From the NCBI GenBank assembly GCA_040285825.1, contig JAUPSS010000004.1, positions 2,212,550 to 2,276,549 of the forward strand: a DNA stretch of 64,000 nucleotides, in the 5' to 3' direction. This DNA is from Eukaryota sp. TZLM1-RC (taxonomy: Eukaryota; Protista; Metamonada: BaSk clade). Numbering within the stretch: the stretch's first letter is position 1; each line of letters starts with the position of its first letter. The position numbers were made by a program, and so were the translations under genes. Below the pieces are notes generated by a model. The model made no database searches, was not told the origin of the DNA, and saw nothing but the letters and a program-made list of their open reading frames with translations. Below are positions 59,707-64,000 of the stretch, one piece after another.

Positions 59707-61428
59707 ATGTCCGACACTGTTGCTCTTACCCTCAATGGTGAAACCTACGAATTTTCTTCAGATATAGAAGGAACTCCTCTCATCGACGTTGCTTATCAAT
59801 GCGGTGTTCATATTCCCAGAATGTGCTATCATCCCTCAACCAAAGTAATTGGTACTTGTGGTGTGTGTATGGTCCAATGTGCTGCCAATGCTGATGCGAA
59901 ACCCAAAAATGCGTTAGCCTGTAAAACCGCCTTCAAGTCAGGAATGATTGTTGACACTGAGGCTCCCAAAGTTGTAACTGCTAGAAAAAAGGCCATGGAT
60001 AGGCTAGAGAAGAAGAAGAACAATCGAAACAGCCTTGTCGAAGACCCATCCTCTCTTATCGATTCCACTATTTCCATCAAGATTGATCCTTCTAGCTGTA
60101 TTGAGTGTAACCGTTGTGTAAAGGCTTGTCAAAACCAAGGAATGAACATTCTTTCTTATGACAAGTCCAAGGAAGCTGTCAGACCCATTGTCGTTAATAA
60201 TGGTTCTCTAGATGTTTCAGGATGCATTGGATGTGGTGCATGTACTCTTGTATGTCCAACTGGTTCAATTTCTGAAACTCCCCATTTGCACAAGGTTATT
60301 GAAGCTATTAGAGATCCTTCCAAGGTAGTTGTTGTTCAAACGGCTCCTACCGTTAGAACTCAATTCGGTGAACCCTGGGGAATTTCTCCTTCTGCTGAAG
60401 TTACCGGAAAGATGACTAGTGCTCTCCGCACCTTAGGTTTGTTCTCGAATTTAACACTTACTCTAGGTTTTGATTTTGTCTTTGACACTCAGTTTGCAGC
60501 GGATATGGCCATCATGGAGGAAGCTCACGAGTTGCTGGAACGTCTCAAAAAGAAGTGGGCTAATGAAGAAGTTGCTCTTCCACAGTTCACTTCATGTTGT
60601 CCTGCCTGGGTTAACATGGTCGAACAACACTACCCTGACAAGATTCCCAACCTCTCTACTACCAAATCTCCGATGGCAATTCTTGGGGCTATTGTAAAGA
60701 GTTGGTTTGCTGAAAGTGTGATTAATACTGCTCCGGAGAATGTTGTCTCTGTTGCCGTCATGCCCTGTACAGCCAAGTCCTCGTTCACACAGGAAAGAGA
60801 TCCTGCAATGGATTATGTTATTACTATAAGAGAGTTTATTGAATGGATGAAGACAGAAAATGTAGATTTCACCTCTCTTGAACCTACATCCTTTGATAAT
60901 CCTCTTGGTGAATCTTCTGGAGCTGGTACTATTTTCTCTGTTACAGGAGGTGTCTGTGAGGCTGCTCTCAGAACTGCCACTGACGTAGCTACTGGTGGTA
61001 GATTAGGTGTCATTGATTTTGAAGGTGTAAGGGGCGAAGGTGGTATGAGAACAGCCTCAGTTGAACTTGAAGTTGATGGTATCCCACGTGTTATAAATGT
61101 TGCCATCTGCTCTGGTGCTATCCATGCTAGAAAACTTTTAGAGGATGAAAATCTACGAGACAGGTTTGACTTTATTGAGGTCATGTCATGTCCTGGTGGG
61201 TGTGTTGCTGGCAAGGGTGGAGTGTTTTCAGATGACCCTGACATTGTCAAGAAGAGAATCAGCTCGGTTTATAAATCAGACAAGAAGTGCACTATTCGCC
61301 GCTCTCATGAAAATCCGTCTATTCAAAAACTATATCAGGAATTCTTTGGTCATCCTTTATCGCACAAATCCCATGAATTGCTTCACCAAAGTTTTATTGA
61401 TCGCAGCCATAATTTAGTTAAGCAATAA
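59707..61428 (+). CDS. hydA: [FeFe]-hydrogenase (2Fe-2S + 2x4Fe-4S + H-cluster), with a 30-nt in-frame intron at 60437-60466
   Basis: C..CGVC..C, CIECNRC, CIGCGAC, FTSCCPAW, MPCTAK, EVMSCPGGC and RRSHENP. Confidence 0.95.
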   Translation: MSDTVALTLNGETYEFSSDIEGTPLIDVAYQCGVHIPRMCYHPSTKVIGTCGVCMVQCAANADAKPKNALACKTAFKSGMIVDTEAPKVVTARKKAMDRLEKKKNNRNSLVEDPSSLIDSTISIKIDPSSCIECNRCVKACQNQGMNILSYDKSKEAVRPIVVNNGSLDVSGCIGCGACTLVCPTGSISETPHLHKVIEAIRDPSKVVVVQTAPTVRTQFGEPWGISPSAEVTGKMTSALRTLGLFSNLTLTLGFDFVFDTQFAADMAIMEEAHELLERLKKKWANEEVALPQFTSCCPAWVNMVEQHYPDKIPNLSTTKSPMAILGAIVKSWFAESVINTAPENVVSVAVMPCTAKSSFTQERDPAMDYVITIREFIEWMKTENVDFTSLEPTSFDNPLGESSGAGTIFSVTGGVCEAALRTATDVATGGRLGVIDFEGVRGEGGMRTASVELEVDGIPRVINVAICSGAIHARKLLEDENLRDRFDFIEVMSCPGGCVAGKGGVFSDDPDIVKKRISSVYKSDKKCTIRRSHENPSIQKLYQEFFGHPLSHKSHELLHQSFIDRSHNLVKQ

Positions 61429-62521
61429 CAAGTTTTTTTGTATTTATAAATGAATTGTGTTTTCTTCACGTATCATCCACACCAGTCTTTGCTTGTTGAT
61501 TTGACAGGTCCAATATAGAGTTTGTTATAATCAAATCTAAACTCGTCAACTATGCTGTGAATGTCCTGCATGTAGCAATCAATTATGAGAGGTTCGCTGT
61601 CCATCAAGATATATTCTTTTAAATAATGTTTTGTCAATTTTGGGTATTACAATTTCTTTGAAAAGAAATTAAGAAATCATTAAAATCAATGGAAATCACA
61701 AATGCATAGTTTTTTTGTGTTTTACAACCCCCCCCCCAACCTTGTTTTTGTAGTATTTAGATTTTTTAATTATCTCAAATAAAAATAAATAACAATAAAT
61801 AACAATAAATTATTTGTTTCAAACAAGTCAAAAGAAAATACATATATTGATTAATAATATCTGATATAATTTAACTATTTTTTTAATCACTAATGACTAA
61901 TTTAGAATATCAGGGATCCCCAAGCCTAAAAGATTATGCAGGCAATGTTAAAAACACCACCGTTTTCCAACTAATGCTATGTTAATAGTATATCAAACAA
62001 TTAAAAAAAATTCAAATAAAAAGTATATCAAATAATGCTCAAATTCAGGAAATTGTTACTAAAATTGATCAAAAATCATTTCAAAGGTAGACAAAACCTT
62101 AAAAATTCCAATGAATTACCTGGTTTAAGCCTTTTTCAATTTTCATTATTGAAATTTAATCAGATGAATTATCATTCAGAATGTGAAAGAACAAAAAATG
62201 TTTTGGAAAATCAGATCTAAGTTCATAAATGCTTTCTCTTTTCTTTTTTTTTCAAATACAGCAAACACATATTTTTAACACTAAAACTGAATATTCACCA
62301 AAACATCAAGAACATCAATTCCTTTTGAGTGTACGATTTTTTTATTTATTTTACTCTATTTCTAACAATACCTGTGCTTTGGTTATCATTTCTGGAATGG
62401 CTTTTGCAAACAGAAAAAACAAGTTTGTTGTACAGGAAGATTAAACTTCATTCCAATCATGCTCTTTCTTTTAAAAAAAGTGAGGACTCCTCGAATAAAT
62501 TGATGCACTATACACCAAAGT

Positions 62522-64000
62522 TTGCAATTAGAAGCAGCAGCAACTGAGACCAGCTGTTATGTGATCAACACCACTAAGTTGAGATACATCTCCAATTTAG
62601 ATTTTAAGACTGCTTTTAATTCTGTATCTCGTTCCTCCATTTTTCCTTTGCTGCGAAAGCATTTTCCTGAAGTTGAACCTTTCTATTCATTTTATGAAAA
62701 ATCATCAACAATGTTCTATGAAAACTTTGACCTACTTTCTTCTTCAGGTGTTAAACAAGGCGATCTACTGGGTCCTTTTTTCTTTTGTCTGGCAATTCAT
62801 CCATTAATGTGCGAATTAAAAAAATTCCCAGAAATAGATATTGTAGCATATATAAATGACATTTCAGTAATTGCTCCTATTACAATTCTGAAACAAATAG
62901 CAACTTTTATTCAACAGAGTTATGAAGATATTGGTCTCTCATTGAATATTTCCAAATGTTTGATTATTGGCCATCAACCAATTGATTTTTTCATTCATGA
63001 TGTCAATGTCCCCTTTATCAATTATGATCAGTCTGGTTTTCGTTCTTTGGGTTGTTATCTCGGAAATATTGAAGAAGTCAGAAGACAACTTTCGACTATG
63101 TTGACTCAATTTGGAAATGAATTAGAATCAATAGAAAATTTAAATATTGAGAAACATTTGAAATTCTTTTTCCTAAAAATTTGTTATTCTGGAAAATTTA
63201 CTCAAATTTTGAGACCAACATCACCATCAACTTCTTTGGAGTTTTGTCGAATTTTTAATGAACAAAGAGCCAAATTTTTAGCAAAATTCTCAGAAATTGA
63301 TGCATCTCAGTTACGAAGCCACATTTTTTGTGGTACCAATTTTGGTGGTGTTGATTTTCTTAAATCAAGCTACCTTTGTAAAGCTGCCCTTATTGAAGGT
63401 GGTAAAAATTTTATTTATGAATTTGTGAGTCGTTTTCCTGAAAAAATTGATCTCATTGAAAATTGTGTCAGCTCTTATCTTATTTCTTTGCAACAGGAAA
63501 TTGAAACTCTTTCACCCAATATTTGAGCTAAATGTTTCCCCTATGATATTGTGGAACTTCCTTCAAGAAGCTTGCTCTCCTTACCACTGAGTTTTGCAAA
63601 ATTGCAGAAAAAAATCTTGAAAGTTTTAGAAAACTTGGATTATATTGTACGTCTTAGCTTGGCTAAGGAAAAAAATCCCGTTTTTGCAAACTTTTTGATT
63701 GATCTTGAAGACAGTTGTTCAAGTTGCCTAATCTCCCAAATTCCCAACATTTATGCCTTCTACTTAATGATCACCAATGGACCACTGCAATGAGAATGAG
63801 ATGTTTTCTATGGCCATGTTCATTACCAAATGATTAAATTTGTCGCTGCAAGAGTGTTGTTACGCTTTCCCATATTTTAAACTGTAAGTATTTTATAACT
63901 CATCGCTCAATTGTTCATGACTCAGTTCGTGATCAATTATATGCCATGTGCAAAAGTTTCAATATAGAGGCATTTATTGAGCCACTAGTACGTAAGCTGT
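62522..64000 (+). mobile_element. CRE-like retrotransposon (RT onward, runs off the window)
   Basis: LDFKTAFNS, GVKQGDLLGP, AYIND, LG..LG, FGGV, CRC..H..NC and HDSVRD. Confidence 0.9.

Overview
Eukaryotic, AT-rich DNA from an anaerobic flagellated protist. An [FeFe]-hydrogenase, 27-30 nt spliceosomal introns, PKD2 and Rab24 suggest a metamonad-like lineage, but that is inference. About 13 intact host genes lie in islands: Rab24, UBC4-type E2, LRR/coiled-coil protein, HAD-IIA phosphatase, 1016-aa coiled-coil protein, penta-EF-hand, PKD2, pseudokinase, hypothetical, SCP-type phosphatase, RWDD1/DFRP2, RPA1 and HydA. Between them is a dense set of decayed mobile elements. (i) At least five families of Fanzor (eukaryotic TnpB-like RNA-guided nuclease) loci; two families are near full length and have conserved, hairpin-forming 3' tails that are candidate omegaRNA scaffolds with inferable guide boundaries. 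(ii) Many CRE-like RLE non-LTR retrotransposons; one is near full length, carries a TSD and sits inside a Fanzor. (iii) A 1.4-kb non-autonomous LTR element with identical 92-bp LTRs and a duplicated PPT. (iv) Two decayed family-B DNA polymerase exonuclease regions, probably viral. A ~5.6-kb near-identical inverted duplication (28836-34460 / 43392-49014) starts by homology inside a Fanzor copy and ends non-homologously inside the same copy, as expected for one-sided break repair. All family assignments come from motif recognition by eye, not database searches, and boundaries of decayed fragments are approximate.
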